Numbered from the stretch's first letter, positions 20,201-31,126 are shown. The stretch is DNA of 64,000 nucleotides from an uncultured Mucispirillum sp. (GCA_944325215.1 CALUZC010000016.1:4231-68230); one strand, 5' to 3'. Notes: generated by a model from the sequence alone, not told the origin. Program-made: numbers and translations.

Positions 20201-22900
20201 ACTGGTATATCCTGTAACACCATCACCACTTCCAGCTTCAAAGACTTCACTGCTAAACTCTAATAAATAAGTTCCATGTGTATATTGAGTAAATAAATCT
20301 GATAAATCAAACTGAGCAATACCCTTTTCATTTGTTTGAGTATCACTAATATCTGGAGTGTATGCTTTTCTAATACTGCTTACACTATCTACATAAGGAT
20401 CTGTAAATGAATATTTTTTTAGTTCTGGAAAATAATACCGTGTAGGAGCAAATGATACTTCTGATTTAACTCTTCTGTTTGCAGCAGGAGTTCCAATCAT
20501 ATTATCCGCTTTCACTTCAATATTAATTTTATCTGGGTTTATCCAGCCTTTTGATTTATTTTCTTTTACAGAAGCATTCACACGTATTGTATCTGTATCA
20601 AACTCTTTTAATTCAAAAGATACAGCACCTAAAGATGATTCAAAATCACCTTTATTATTAAGAAGATAAACTCTTACATAATAATTACCAGTAGTAAAGT
20701 ATGGCTGAGTTTTTAAAACAGTTTCAAAAAAACCTGAACTATCAAGAGAGTAACTTTCTTTTAAAACCACTTCATCTTTTGGGGAAGTAATACTTATTTC
20801 AACAGGAACACCTGCTAATTCTTTTTTCCATGCAGTATCTTTTATAATGCTTGCAATGTTTACATCTTCTCCCGGTCTATAAATTCCTCTGTCTGTAAAC
20901 ACCATTGCTTTTAAAGCATCTGCATTTGATATATACTCGCCACCAATATCAAACTTAGAATACTCTATTTCTCTTTTATAATCAAAAGGCAAATAAGTAA
21001 AATCATTATCCTTTCTTGCCACTATTGCAATTGGTGCGTTGTTATCATTTGCAATCTCATATTGAAAATGACCATTACCATCTGTTTGACCTGATACAAT
21101 AGGAAGACCATTTTTACCAATAACTTGAATTTTAGCATTCTTTACAGCTTCACCTTTTGATATAGAAGCAATAAATACATCTGTCTTATTACTTTTATTG
21201 CTTTTTGCAATAATATACATATCCGTAACAAGAATAAATTTGGACATTTCAACATAACTACTATATCTATTATCGTAGTAATCATCATAATAATAATCAT
21301 CATAGTCATTATAACTACTATTACGTATTTTTTTACCTTCTTTATCTAAAGATAATGCTTTAATATAATATAAACCTGGCTGTCCACCTAAATATTCAGC
21401 AATATTTATTGTTGCATAACTAGGATATATTTTATCTGAAGATGCAAGTGGAAGTTTTGTATTTTTATATTCTGAAAAATTAGTTTCATCTATTGAACTC
21501 GAATTAAAATTAACTTCCCCTAATCCTTTACTTGTAGAGAAATTAATAATATGCTGTATTTGCTCTGGAAGTATTTTCCCAATAGATATATCTAATGCAC
21601 TAGCGCCACGGGATTCAAAAGTAATGTTTTTTTCACTGTTTAATGAAAGCAGTGTTCCTTTTTGTAAAATACTTAATGTTGGTTTTATTGGGTCTAATGT
21701 AACTTTATCTTCAATATCTGTTCTTAAAGCAATCCCTGAAACTGATTTTAAATTTTTATTTATAACTAAATGTAATGATGTGCTTTCTTCTACATCACAA
21801 TTTATTTTAAATGAATGAACAACATCTGCATTATTACCTGTATCAATTGGTGTAACAGTAACTTCTATATCTCTATCATAATCATAAAGTTTTAAGTTTT
21901 CTATTAAATCAGCCATATTTACTGCTTCGGAAAAAGTTAAAACAAGTGTATGTCTAGGGTTATTTTTTTCATCTCGAACTATTGGTGCTGAAGCTGTATC
22001 AAGATAAAACCTTGCCCCTTCACTTATTTTTTCCACAACATAAGAATGGCTTATTTCATAAAGCAGCTTACTGCTGCCTGTAGCACTTTCTATTCTTGGC
22101 AGCGAAAACATTAATACCTGCTGTTTATTATCAACCATTTTAAATTCATCAGAAACTATCTTTGCACCATACCCATCTTTATCAAATATGACTTTAAATT
22201 TTAATTTATCTTTGTTAAGCATTAAGGAAGATTCTTTTTTAAACTGTTTTTGGTTAAATAAATAATTAAATTTTATATTAAGAATATACTGTTGCTCATT
22301 ATTATTAAAATCATTATTGATATTTTCAGAATTTATATAATAAGTAAATGGTTCTGTTCTAAAATTTGTGGATAGTTTACTTAATTTATAATATGTATTA
22401 AATAATGACTTATCCATACTAATAGTATATTTAGTATCAGCAGTCCATTCTGATGATGGCATAAAAGTAATATTTTTACCATTATTACTACCTACCCATT
22501 TACCTTTAATTTCGGGGCTTATTTTAATAAAATCACTGAGTTCTTTTCCCTTATACTTATTTAAAAGTGCAGGATTTGCATCATCAGATGAAAAAATTAT
22601 TTTTAAATTAGAATCTTTATTTTTAATATTACTTGATTTAGGTGTTTCAAGATTATAAGTTAATAATACATTATGCTTTATTTTATTACTATCATGTTCT
22701 GATGTAGCAGTGGCTTGCGATGATATATCCACCTGAACAGAAGATACTGCTTCATTTGATACACTTGCATTATTATCTGCTGTTTGCCCAGATATAGTCT
22801 CCTGCTGGCTGTTATCAGAAGTGTTGCTATCATCATTTTTTCTACAACCAGAAAATACTAATAAAAAAATAAATATAATTAAATAAATCTTTTTTGCCAT
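17201..22900 (-). CDS. Bacterial alpha-2-macroglobulin family lipoprotein (YfhM-like) with an intact thioester motif
   Basis: I chose the start at ATG 22900 (MAKKIYLIIFIFLLVFSGC, a lipoprotein signal), not the track start at 22942. About 1900 aa with the thioester YGCTEQ present. It is adjacent to pbpC and co-directional with it. Confidence 0.9.
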   Translation of the reverse strand: MAKKIYLIIFIFLLVFSGCRKNDDSNTSDNSQQETISGQTADNNASVSNEAVSSVQVDISSQATATSEHDSNKIKHNVLLTYNLETPKSSNIKNKDSNLKIIFSSDDANPALLNKYKGKELSDFIKISPEIKGKWVGSNNGKNITFMPSSEWTADTKYTISMDKSLFNTYYKLSKLSTNFRTEPFTYYINSENINNDFNNNEQQYILNIKFNYLFNQKQFKKESSLMLNKDKLKFKVIFDKDGYGAKIVSDEFKMVDNKQQVLMFSLPRIESATGSSKLLYEISHSYVVEKISEGARFYLDTASAPIVRDEKNNPRHTLVLTFSEAVNMADLIENLKLYDYDRDIEVTVTPIDTGNNADVVHSFKINCDVEESTSLHLVINKNLKSVSGIALRTDIEDKVTLDPIKPTLSILQKGTLLSLNSEKNITFESRGASALDISIGKILPEQIQHIINFSTSKGLGEVNFNSSSIDETNFSEYKNTKLPLASSDKIYPSYATINIAEYLGGQPGLYYIKALSLDKEGKKIRNSSYNDYDDYYYDDYYDNRYSSYVEMSKFILVTDMYIIAKSNKSNKTDVFIASISKGEAVKNAKIQVIGKNGLPIVSGQTDGNGHFQYEIANDNNAPIAIVARKDNDFTYLPFDYKREIEYSKFDIGGEYISNADALKAMVFTDRGIYRPGEDVNIASIIKDTAWKKELAGVPVEISITSPKDEVVLKESYSLDSSGFFETVLKTQPYFTTGNYYVRVYLLNNKGDFESSLGAVSFELKEFDTDTIRVNASVKENKSKGWINPDKINIEVKADNMIGTPAANRRVKSEVSFAPTRYYFPELKKYSFTDPYVDSVSSIRKAYTPDISDTQTNEKGIAQFDLSDLFTQYTHGTYLLEFSSEVFEAGSGDGVTGYTSVKVSPSDYLVGYTTDSYLYFLNTNEKASVNFIAVDSNLNKISKPDMRYRVSQITYSSQLIKDSYGRYRYSNVKRYNVINSGNISITEQGTNINLPTNIAGDFVYEVINEDNIVVGKVDYYVAGNEDIDTSVAQESELLLKLDKEEYKAGDTVNLSITAPYSGYGLITIEKEKVYTYKWFKSNTNTMTQSIKIPNDLEGNGYINVTFVRDITSKDIFTKPLSYAVMPFSIDKSKRKIDITLKTPEIVMPGDNITVEYSAAKNGKIIIYGVDEGILQVAGYKLPDPLNYFMRKVALSVRTTQTADLILPDYNILSDVYGVGGGEDAVMAKMAAKRLNPFARVVEKPAVFWSKIIDVKAGDKNKYTVKVPSHFHGSIKVMAVAVSKDGVGSSETSFISRSPVVLTPNMPYAAVQGDKFRMSVGVTNLIGKQAQEDIKITAVPSKHFNIVGDNFKTVTVKEGGEALVIFDVVVTDELGSGEITLKVENKNLEKPLQTKITSSIRPVVPYRTEIAVGSFKSKDASLKVPNRNMHNLAAKREVMVSANPLYAVAGIGSYLKYYPYGCTEQITSKIYPVVMLATTDKNVNTKEVQDVYEAYIKELTSRQKGKNGFTYWNGGSYVYDLPAIYATQFLIDARELGYNVPNSLYNNAIDYLKSISNSRPEYLEDAQDIAFATYLLARNGIVSARALNVLEDYLSKKYDNWESSLTAAYMGATYILYKNEEKGRKLLESSIPEYTKYLFRYDFDDSLTNTARYIYLAGRHAPDIVKANPILVKRLLDDINEGYYNSFSSAFSFAALYGLGKSADDMPTYADAGKGITVDKTNKNKAEFDAKIKEINVSFKENNPVGYYYHITTTGYDKELPSKQSKGLNITKTFYDKNGEKITSAKQGDEVTVSIKISRNDSHYGEKTMIAITDLIPGGTEILTKNGVNVPRAYEFHEFREDRAIIYLNMYNDYDETITYKLKMLSSGEYLVPPTYGESLYNRDIYAVGNNFNFAINDAE

Positions 22901-22916
22901 AATATAACTCCACTTA

Positions 22917-24959
22917 TTAAAACTCTTTACTACTTGCATCATTCAAAATATCGTTTGAAATTCTCCCGACTTTATCTGATACTTCTTTTGTTGAAACAGC
23001 TACTTTCAATGTGCTCTCTGTTACAGACTGTAACTCAAGAATTGAGTTTCTCATTTCCTGCATTTCCATTGTCTGTGTAGTAATTGCAGTATCCATATGA
23101 TTAATAGCTTCCACTAATGCATTTGTATTATCTGAAATCTCATGCAGATTTTTTTGTGTTCGTTCAGCAAGTTTTCTCACCTCATCTGCAACAACTGCAA
23201 AGCCTCTACCATGCTCACCAGCACGAGCTGCTTCAATTGCAGCATTTAATGCCAGCAAATCTGTTTGGTCTGCCACATCATGTATAACTTCAATAATACT
23301 TCTTATGGCTTCTGAATGCTCTACAACCTCTTTTGCTCTTGTATTCACTGATTCCATAGATTCATTTAAATGATTTAATGATGAAATATTCTTAGACAAA
23401 TGGCTGGACTGAGTTTGAGCACTACTTTCTAAGGTATCAACATGATTTTTTAATTCATCAGATGAACCCATAAGATTTTCACAGGTATTCATTGATATAT
23501 GAAGCATTTCACGTATTCTTTCACCCATCAAATTAATACCTTTTATTACAGATAATAATTCACCATCAAGCATACCTTCATCAATTGATGCTCTAAAATC
23601 ATTATTTGAATATTTAGCTACAACTTGTAAAATTTCCTGCATTGTAGTATTTAAGTTATTAAATGTTTCATTAATATTATCTTTTAACATATTTAAAGCA
23701 GGGTTGCTGGTATATGCATGAATTTTTACATTTAAAAATCCACTTTTAACTTTTGCTGATACTTCTAAAGATTCCTCTATTAGTTTTTTATCTTCATCTA
23801 ACCCTTTTTGCAGTAAATCCACCTGTTCTGTAATTGCATTTGAAACAGCTAATATCTCATCATTACTTTTTGATTTATATGATATTTTATTGCTTTTATC
23901 CCTATAGCTTATACTATCAAAAAAATCAAACAATGAAACAGTCATTTTTCTAAGTGGTATAATAATAGCAAATCTAATTACAATATTAATAGAAAAAAAT
24001 AATACTAATAAAAAGACGATAACACTTGCGAATATTATTGTTCTTAGAAATAAAATATCATTAATATAATCACTTTCTAAAGCACTAATAATAATATTCC
24101 AGCCTAAATCACTATGAAAAATATCTTGTGCTATATAGTCATTGTTATCATATTTATAGTGAAATGTTTGGTTTTCCTTAATTACATTATAAAAAGAAAG
24201 GCTGCTTGGTTTATCTGCTAAACTCCCTATTGTAAATGCATCATTTTTTTTATCAAAAGCCATAATATAGCCATTTGTTCCTATTTTAATACTTTCAATA
24301 CTTTCTCTTAAAACTTTATATGCAGGAGTAAGATTATAGCCTATAAATAATATACCTGTAACATTATTACTTGTATCTTTTATTGGCTCATAAAAAGTCA
24401 TATAGTCATTACCAAAAAGAGTTGCCTTACCTATATAAATTTCACCTTTCAAAACAAGATTATATGCAGGATGATTATGGTCTAATTTAGTCCAAATAGC
24501 ACGGTTGCCATCTGCATCCTTTAAAGATGTTGTTATTCGTATGAAATCATCACCATCTCTTGCAAATACAGTAGCAACATCAAATGTTGTAGATGAAAAT
24601 TTATCTAAAACTTCTGTATTACCAGTAAGTAAATTATCATATAAGTAATATTCTGGATAGCCATCAGCATTTTTTCCTCTTATTTCAAACTCGGTAGAAC
24701 TACCATAATTTGATTCAAGAAAATATTTAAATACAGACATGGAGTTTTTGCTGTTTTCTTTTAACTGACCTATTAAATTATTAAAAGAACTATTAACTAA
24801 AAGTGCAGCTTCTTTAATGTTCATTTCAGCACTAGACTGGGCACTTTTTGAAGCATAAATACTAATGAAAAAAAATAGCACTATTACTAAAATAGCAATT
24901 ATTGGTGCATTAGTAATAAGAATTTTTCTTGCAATTGAAGCATTTTTTAGAGTAAACAT
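22917..24959 (-). CDS. Methyl-accepting chemotaxis protein with a periplasmic double-Cache-like sensor
   Basis: AGGTGA SD. The N-terminal TM segment is followed by a periplasmic domain of about 270 aa, a second TM, a HAMP domain, and the conserved MCP signalling domain ([38 protein letters not shown]). Confidence 0.9.
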   Translation of the reverse strand: MFTLKNASIARKILITNAPIIAILVIVLFFFISIYASKSAQSSAEMNIKEAALLVNSSFNNLIGQLKENSKNSMSVFKYFLESNYGSSTEFEIRGKNADGYPEYYLYDNLLTGNTEVLDKFSSTTFDVATVFARDGDDFIRITTSLKDADGNRAIWTKLDHNHPAYNLVLKGEIYIGKATLFGNDYMTFYEPIKDTSNNVTGILFIGYNLTPAYKVLRESIESIKIGTNGYIMAFDKKNDAFTIGSLADKPSSLSFYNVIKENQTFHYKYDNNDYIAQDIFHSDLGWNIIISALESDYINDILFLRTIIFASVIVFLLVLFFSINIVIRFAIIIPLRKMTVSLFDFFDSISYRDKSNKISYKSKSNDEILAVSNAITEQVDLLQKGLDEDKKLIEESLEVSAKVKSGFLNVKIHAYTSNPALNMLKDNINETFNNLNTTMQEILQVVAKYSNNDFRASIDEGMLDGELLSVIKGINLMGERIREMLHISMNTCENLMGSSDELKNHVDTLESSAQTQSSHLSKNISSLNHLNESMESVNTRAKEVVEHSEAIRSIIEVIHDVADQTDLLALNAAIEAARAGEHGRGFAVVADEVRKLAERTQKNLHEISDNTNALVEAINHMDTAITTQTMEMQEMRNSILELQSVTESTLKVAVSTKEVSDKVGRISNDILNDASSKEF

Positions 24960-25130
24960 CTTATCACCTACTATACAAAATTTATTTTGTCATTATAAAT
25001 CAACTATAAAAATAATGCAACTAATTAATAATCCTATTGATTTACTATGATATAGAATATGTTTTTTAAAAAAATACTAGTATTTATAAAAATAATAATG
25101 TATTTTATTTGAAAACATATGGAGAAATAT

Positions 25131-26105
25131 ATGACTGCTAAAAACGCATTAGAACTTGTAAAAGATGATATCAATAAAGTGGAACAGTTTCTAAAAGATG
25201 ATATTAAAACCTCTGTCCCTCTTATAAATGAAGTAATTATATACCTGCTTTCAAGTGGTGGCAAAAGATTACGCCCTGTTTTTCTGGCATTAAGTGCTAG
25301 AATGTGTGATTATAGTGGGGATAAAATCCCTGCAATGAGTGCAGTAATTGAATATATTCATACAGCAACACTTTTACATGATGACATTATAGATGGTGCA
25401 AAATATAGAAGAAATCGTCCTACTGCAAATAGTTTATATGGTAATGATATAGCTGTTTTATGTGGTGATTTTTTGTATTCTAGAAGCTATATTACATTAA
25501 CAGAGTATGGGGCCAAAGATGTTCAAATGATTTTATCATCTGCTGCCCTTACTATGAGTGAAGGTGAAGTTATACAGCTTTTAAAAACTGGTGATATTAA
25601 CATTACTTTTGATGATTATATTCAGATTATTACTCGTAAAACAGCAGTCCTTTTTTCTGCTGCTTGTGAAATTGGCGGTAGAATTGCACAGGTTAATGAA
25701 GATAAAATAAAGGCATTAAAAGATTTTGGCTATTATCTAGGGCTTGGTTTTCAAATGACAGATGATATTTTAGATTATATGGGTGATGAAAAAGTTACTG
25801 GTAAAAAAAATGGAACAGACTTATATGAAGGTAAACTTACTTTACCTGTTATAAAACTGCTGGAATATGTTAATGAAAATGAAAAAAATATAATTACAGA
25901 AATGTTTAGTAAACATGAAAGAAATGAAAATGATTTAAAAATTTTAAAAGATATTATGGAAAAATATAATATAAAAGAAATATCTGAACAAACGGCTGAT
26001 GAATATATTAATAAATCACTTACTTCATTAGATGTATTTCATGATAATGAGTATAAAAAAGCTTTAATTGCATTAGCTCTTGCCATGGTTGGCAGAGATG
26101 CATAA
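25131..26105 (+). CDS. trans-Polyprenyl diphosphate synthase (IspB-like)
   Basis: FARM motif LLHDDIIDGAKYRRNRP and SARM motif FQMTDDILDY. The start was moved to ATG 25131, which has a GGAGAAA SD (track start is 25119). Confidence 0.85.
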   Translation: MTAKNALELVKDDINKVEQFLKDDIKTSVPLINEVIIYLLSSGGKRLRPVFLALSARMCDYSGDKIPAMSAVIEYIHTATLLHDDIIDGAKYRRNRPTANSLYGNDIAVLCGDFLYSRSYITLTEYGAKDVQMILSSAALTMSEGEVIQLLKTGDINITFDDYIQIITRKTAVLFSAACEIGGRIAQVNEDKIKALKDFGYYLGLGFQMTDDILDYMGDEKVTGKKNGTDLYEGKLTLPVIKLLEYVNENEKNIITEMFSKHERNENDLKILKDIMEKYNIKEISEQTADEYINKSLTSLDVFHDNEYKKALIALALAMVGRDA

Positions 26106-26108
26106 TAT

Positions 26109-27038
26109 ATGAAAAAGTTTTTGTATTTATTATCGTTTACAGCTATATTTTCTTTATGTAATAAAAAAGAATTTGAAACTTATCACTTTTTTGCACTTGG
26201 CACATTAATAGATATTACTATACCATCATATGAAAGAGATAAGTTGTATATGATAAATGAATATGTAAATAAATTATCTAACACAATTAGTTTAGACGAA
26301 AATAAAATAAATAATGCACTGATAAACCAGAGTATAAATATTTCAGTTGATACAGTCTCAATATATAACAGAGCATTATTTTATAATAGTATTGATAATG
26401 TATATAATCCTGCAGAACATACTGTTTTAAAACTTTATGGTTTTCCAGAAGGTCCATATAAGATACCAGATAATAATACACTTGAAAATGCCAAAAAAAA
26501 TGCAGTTTTTAAAAATTTAGTTCTAAAAGATAAAAAGATGTATAAAACCACTAATTTATCAGTAGATTTTAGTGCAAATGCAAAAGGATATATAGTTGAT
26601 AAAACAGTAGAATATATGAAAAATTTAAATATTAAAAATTTTATTATTAATGCAGGTGGAGATTTATATGTAAATGGCTCTAATAATAATGGTAATTTCA
26701 AAATTGGTATAAAAGCACCTGATAACAACATCTTAAATATAGTAAAAATTAAAAATAAAGCTTTAGCAACAAGTGGTAATTATGAACGTTATTTTATAAA
26801 AGATGGAAAAAAATACAATCATATTTTTTCAGGTGTAAAGCATTTATCTGAAGAAAAATATCAATCTATATCTATTATTGCAGATAAAGTAGAATATGCC
26901 GATGGATTTGCCACATTATTTTATTTATTAGATATTGATAAAATAGAAAAATATTGTAAATTATATAATGTTGCAGTATTAATCTTGACAAATAATAATA
27001 AAATTGTCAAACTTTGTAATTGGGAACAATATGAATAA
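26109..27038 (+). CDS. apbE: ApbE-family FAD:protein FMN transferase (probable lipoprotein)
   Basis: Signal peptide MKKFLYLLSFTAIFSLC. ApbE motifs ANAKGYIVDK and INAGGDLYVNG. Confidence 0.8.
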   Translation: MKKFLYLLSFTAIFSLCNKKEFETYHFFALGTLIDITIPSYERDKLYMINEYVNKLSNTISLDENKINNALINQSINISVDTVSIYNRALFYNSIDNVYNPAEHTVLKLYGFPEGPYKIPDNNTLENAKKNAVFKNLVLKDKKMYKTTNLSVDFSANAKGYIVDKTVEYMKNLNIKNFIINAGGDLYVNGSNNNGNFKIGIKAPDNNILNIVKIKNKALATSGNYERYFIKDGKKYNHIFSGVKHLSEEKYQSISIIADKVEYADGFATLFYLLDIDKIEKYCKLYNVAVLILTNNNKIVKLCNWEQYE

Positions 27039-27624
27039 AAATTATAATTTTATTTTAGCTAGTGCTTCGCCTAGAAGAAAGGAACTTTTATCAATTTATA
27101 CTAACAACTTTAAGATTATGCCAGCTGATATTGATGAAAGTTTTCCTGAAAATATGGATATAGATGCTATACCATTGTATATAGCAAAAAAGAAAGCAGA
27201 AACATTAAAAAATGAAATAAATGATAATGATATAATTATTACAGCAGATACTGTTGTTATATTAGATGATACAATATATGGCAAACCAAAAAGTAAAGAT
27301 AATGCTTTTTGTATGCTAAACAAATTATCTAATAAAGAACATAAAGTTGTTACTGGCGTTTGCTGTTATAGTGGTGATGATACTATTTGTATAGAATTTA
27401 CCGATACTACATTTGTTAAATTTATTACGTTAGATGATGATATAATATATAATTATCTTTCAAAAAATGAGTATATAGATAAAGCTGGAGCATATGCTGT
27501 TCAAGGTTATGGCTCGTTATTTATAGAAAAAATTAACGGAAGTTATGATAATGTTGTAGGGCTTCCTGTTGGCAAATTAATGGTAAAATTATTAAAATAT
27601 AATATAAATATATTTGATATATAG
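27031..27624 (+). CDS. maf: Maf-like nucleoside triphosphate pyrophosphatase
   Basis: ILASASPRRKELLS is the Maf signature. The start is either the ATG at 27031 or the ATG at 27004, which are in frame. Confidence 0.8.
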   Translation: MNKNYNFILASASPRRKELLSIYTNNFKIMPADIDESFPENMDIDAIPLYIAKKKAETLKNEINDNDIIITADTVVILDDTIYGKPKSKDNAFCMLNKLSNKEHKVVTGVCCYSGDDTICIEFTDTTFVKFITLDDDIIYNYLSKNEYIDKAGAYAVQGYGSLFIEKINGSYDNVVGLPVGKLMVKLLKYNINIFDI

Positions 27625-27633
27625 GAGTTATAT

Positions 27634-29175
27634 ATGCTTGAGAGAAATCTTTATAACATGTTATATGAAAATGTAAAAAAGTACCCAAAACGAACTTTTA
27701 TATCTTTTGAAGAAAGAAGATATACGTATGCTGAAGGATTTAAAATTATTAATCAAATGGCACATTTTATGCAAAAAAAAGGTGTAAAAAAGGGAAACAA
27801 AGTAATTGTTATGCTAGGTAATTCCCCTGAGTTTGTTTTTTCTGTCTTTGCTATTTTTGCCTGTGGTGCTGTAGCTATTCCTATAAATACATTTTTTAAA
27901 GCAAATGAAGCATCATACATTGTTGAAAACAGTGAATCTACTTTTATAATTACTGAAGGTCAGTTTGAATCAATTATGGAAGAAGTGCGTGTAGAATGTC
28001 CAAAAGTGCAGGATATTTTTACTTTCGATAATGCTATAGATAATGCTTTAAATTTTTATGAACATATAAACTCTATGCCTGATACTCCTATTGACTGTAA
28101 AGCATCAGTTCATGAACTTGCAATATTTATTTATACATCAGGAACAACTGGCCACCCAAAAGGTGCAATGCTTTCCCATTACAACCTACTAGAAAATGCT
28201 GAAAGCTGCGATAAAATGATTAATGCTACTTTTAAAGATAAATTTTTAATATTGTTGCCAATGTTTCATACATATACTTTTACAACATGTATTATATACC
28301 CTGTAAATATTGGCTGTACACTTATTATTTTAAGAAGTGTTATGGATATGAAAAAAGACAGCTTTAAAAAAATACTGCTTTATCAACGCCCTACTATAAT
28401 GCTTGGTGTTCCACAGATATATTCAGTAATGGCAAAATCTTCTATGCCAAAATGGTTTATTAAATTTTTATACCCTATTAAAATACATATTTCTGGTGGG
28501 GCAGCATTACCTGCAGAAATTTTTGACCAGTTTAAGAAAAAATTTGGTATTGCAGTTATTGAAGGGTATGGGCTTTCTGAAGCATCTCCTGTTGTTGCTC
28601 TAAACCCACTTGATAAACAGAAACAGGGAACCGTTGGTGTTCCATTACCAAATGTTCAGGCAAAAATCATTGGTGATGATGAAACAGAACTGCCAAAAGG
28701 GCAAGTTGGTGAGTTAATAGTTAAAGGTCCAAATGTTATGCAGGGATACTGGCATATGCCACAGGCAACAGATGATGCAATTAAAAATGGCTGGCTTTTT
28801 ACAGGTGATTTTGCCACTATGGACGAAGATGGTTACATTACTATTGTAGACCGTAAAAAAGATTTAATTATTGCAAAAGGTATGAATGTATATCCTAGGG
28901 AAGTTGAAGAAGTTATATATAAATTCCCTGGTGTTGATGCTGTTGCCGTTATTGGCATTCCTTCTGTTGAACAAGGTGAAATTATTGCAGCATATATAAA
29001 AGCAAAAGAAAATGAAACAGTTGATGAGAAAGGGCTGCGTAATTATTTAGCAAAACATTTAGCTAACTTCAAACTGCCTCGTATAATTAAAGTAATTGAT
29101 GAAATACCACTTACTGCTACGGGTAAAGTTTTAAAAAGAGAACTTAAAGAACTTGTAAGAAATGGAAAATTGTAA
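27634..29175 (+). CDS. AMP-dependent synthetase/ligase (acyl-CoA synthetase family)
   Basis: GGAG SD. AMP-binding motif IYTSGTTGHPKGAM and a C-terminal PxxxxGKxxK. Confidence 0.85.
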   Translation: MLERNLYNMLYENVKKYPKRTFISFEERRYTYAEGFKIINQMAHFMQKKGVKKGNKVIVMLGNSPEFVFSVFAIFACGAVAIPINTFFKANEASYIVENSESTFIITEGQFESIMEEVRVECPKVQDIFTFDNAIDNALNFYEHINSMPDTPIDCKASVHELAIFIYTSGTTGHPKGAMLSHYNLLENAESCDKMINATFKDKFLILLPMFHTYTFTTCIIYPVNIGCTLIILRSVMDMKKDSFKKILLYQRPTIMLGVPQIYSVMAKSSMPKWFIKFLYPIKIHISGGAALPAEIFDQFKKKFGIAVIEGYGLSEASPVVALNPLDKQKQGTVGVPLPNVQAKIIGDDETELPKGQVGELIVKGPNVMQGYWHMPQATDDAIKNGWLFTGDFATMDEDGYITIVDRKKDLIIAKGMNVYPREVEEVIYKFPGVDAVAVIGIPSVEQGEIIAAYIKAKENETVDEKGLRNYLAKHLANFKLPRIIKVIDEIPLTATGKVLKRELKELVRNGKL

Positions 29176-31123
29176 TGAAATAAATTATTATAATATACTC
29201 CTTCCTGTTCCTACAGAAGGAGTATATACATACTTTTCCCAAGGATATCTTCAAATCGGTGAAAGAGTTATTGTTCCCTTTGGTAATAGAACTTTAACTG
29301 GTATTGTAATAGAAAAAACTACAAAACCAGATTTTGAATGTAAAGAAATATTAATGTGCTATAATGAAGCACCACTCTTTTCTGAAAAATATATTAATTT
29401 TTTAAAACAAATATCATCATATTATGTCTGCCCATTAGGGCTTGTTTTACATGGAGTAATTTCTGACAAACTGCTAAACACAGAAATTACAGAAACAGAA
29501 GATATTAAATGTCATGAACAACATAATATAGAACTAACACAAACACAAAAAAATATTGCTGAAAGTGTCAATCTAAATAAATATTCCTGCCATTTAATAA
29601 AAGGTGTTACAGGTAGTGGTAAAACTGAAATATACCAGGAAGTTGTTAAAAAAGTAATTGCTAGTGGAAAACAAGTTTTATATATTGTTCCAGAAATATC
29701 TTTGACACCACAATTAATAAAAAGAATGTCTATAAGGCTTGGTATGGAGCCATCTATATTTCATTATCAATTAAATGATAAAATAAGAAAAAAACATTTT
29801 ATAGATTTTGCAACAGGTAAATCCTCATTTATGCTTGGAGCAAGAAGTGCATTATTTATTCCAGCAAAAAATATAGGGCTGATTATTGTAGATGAAGAAC
29901 ATGAATCATCATATAAACAAGATGAATCCCCTGCTTATAATCTGCGTGATATGGCTGTTTTATATGCTAATATATTAAATATACCAATTATTTTAGGAAG
30001 TGCAACTCCATCTATTGAATCACTATATAATGCTGAAAATCAAAAATATATATTACATGAACTAAAAAGCCGACCAAATAGTGCTAAACTACCAGATATA
30101 AAAATTATTGATATAAAACAGCATGAACTAATTGGTTCACTAATTTCAGAACCAATTTATGATGAATTATCTAATGTTGTGAAAAATAATCAACAGGCAA
30201 TACTACTTTTAAACAGGCTTGGTTATTCTACATACTTATACTGTCAGCAGTGTGGTCAAATTGCAACATGCCTAAACTGCTCTGTTGGACTAATCACATC
30301 AAAATCGAAACAAAAAATATTCTGTAGATATTGTGATACTGATTATACAAATCTTACATGCCCATGCTGTGGTTCAGCTTTATTTAAAGAATATGGAGCA
30401 GGCACTGAAAAATTAGAAGAATTTCTTGAAAATATGTTTCCAGATAAAGTTATACGTATTGATACTGAAAGTGCATCTTCCCTAAAATTATTAGATAAAA
30501 ATATAAAACGTTTTGAAAATAAGGAAGCAAATGTATTAATTGGAACTCAATTAATAGCAAAAGGATTACATTTTCCAAATGTTACATTTGTTGGTGTGTT
30601 AGGCATAGATAATATTATGGCGCTGCCTGATTTTAGAGCTGCAGAAAAAGCATACCAGTTACTTATTCAAGTAGCTGGGAGAGCTGGAAGAGAATATTTA
30701 AGTGGTAAAGTTTATATACAAACAACTAATCCTGAAAATAATATATTTCATATGATAAATGACTTTAATAAAGAATTTTATAAATGGGAAATAAATAGAA
30801 GAAAAATAACTTTATATCCACCTTTTACAAAAATGGCTAGGCTAATATTTAGTTACATCAATCATGAAGATTGTTACAATACTGCAAAAATAGTATATAA
30901 TAATTTAAAAAATCTTTGTAATGGAGAAAATATCAAAATATACCCTTTAAAAGATGCCTTTCTTGCAAAATTGCAAAATAAATTTAGATATGAAATATTA
31001 ATAAAATCTACAAGTAATAATCAATTAAATACATCATTAATTTATGCACAGCAAATTTTTAATAAATATAAAAAAGGTGCAATGAAATTAAAAATTGATA
31101 AAGATCCTTATTTTATGATGTAG
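29162..31123 (+). CDS. priA: Primosomal protein N' (PriA helicase)
   Basis: Walker A motif GVTGSGKTE and a DEEHE box. A Cys-rich zinc-binding insert (CQQCGQIATCLNCSVGL...CRYCDT...CPCCGS) is diagnostic of PriA. Confidence 0.9.
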   Translation: MENCNEINYYNILLPVPTEGVYTYFSQGYLQIGERVIVPFGNRTLTGIVIEKTTKPDFECKEILMCYNEAPLFSEKYINFLKQISSYYVCPLGLVLHGVISDKLLNTEITETEDIKCHEQHNIELTQTQKNIAESVNLNKYSCHLIKGVTGSGKTEIYQEVVKKVIASGKQVLYIVPEISLTPQLIKRMSIRLGMEPSIFHYQLNDKIRKKHFIDFATGKSSFMLGARSALFIPAKNIGLIIVDEEHESSYKQDESPAYNLRDMAVLYANILNIPIILGSATPSIESLYNAENQKYILHELKSRPNSAKLPDIKIIDIKQHELIGSLISEPIYDELSNVVKNNQQAILLLNRLGYSTYLYCQQCGQIATCLNCSVGLITSKSKQKIFCRYCDTDYTNLTCPCCGSALFKEYGAGTEKLEEFLENMFPDKVIRIDTESASSLKLLDKNIKRFENKEANVLIGTQLIAKGLHFPNVTFVGVLGIDNIMALPDFRAAEKAYQLLIQVAGRAGREYLSGKVYIQTTNPENNIFHMINDFNKEFYKWEINRRKITLYPPFTKMARLIFSYINHEDCYNTAKIVYNNLKNLCNGENIKIYPLKDAFLAKLQNKFRYEILIKSTSNNQLNTSLIYAQQIFNKYKKGAMKLKIDKDPYFMM

Positions 31124-31126
31124 CAC

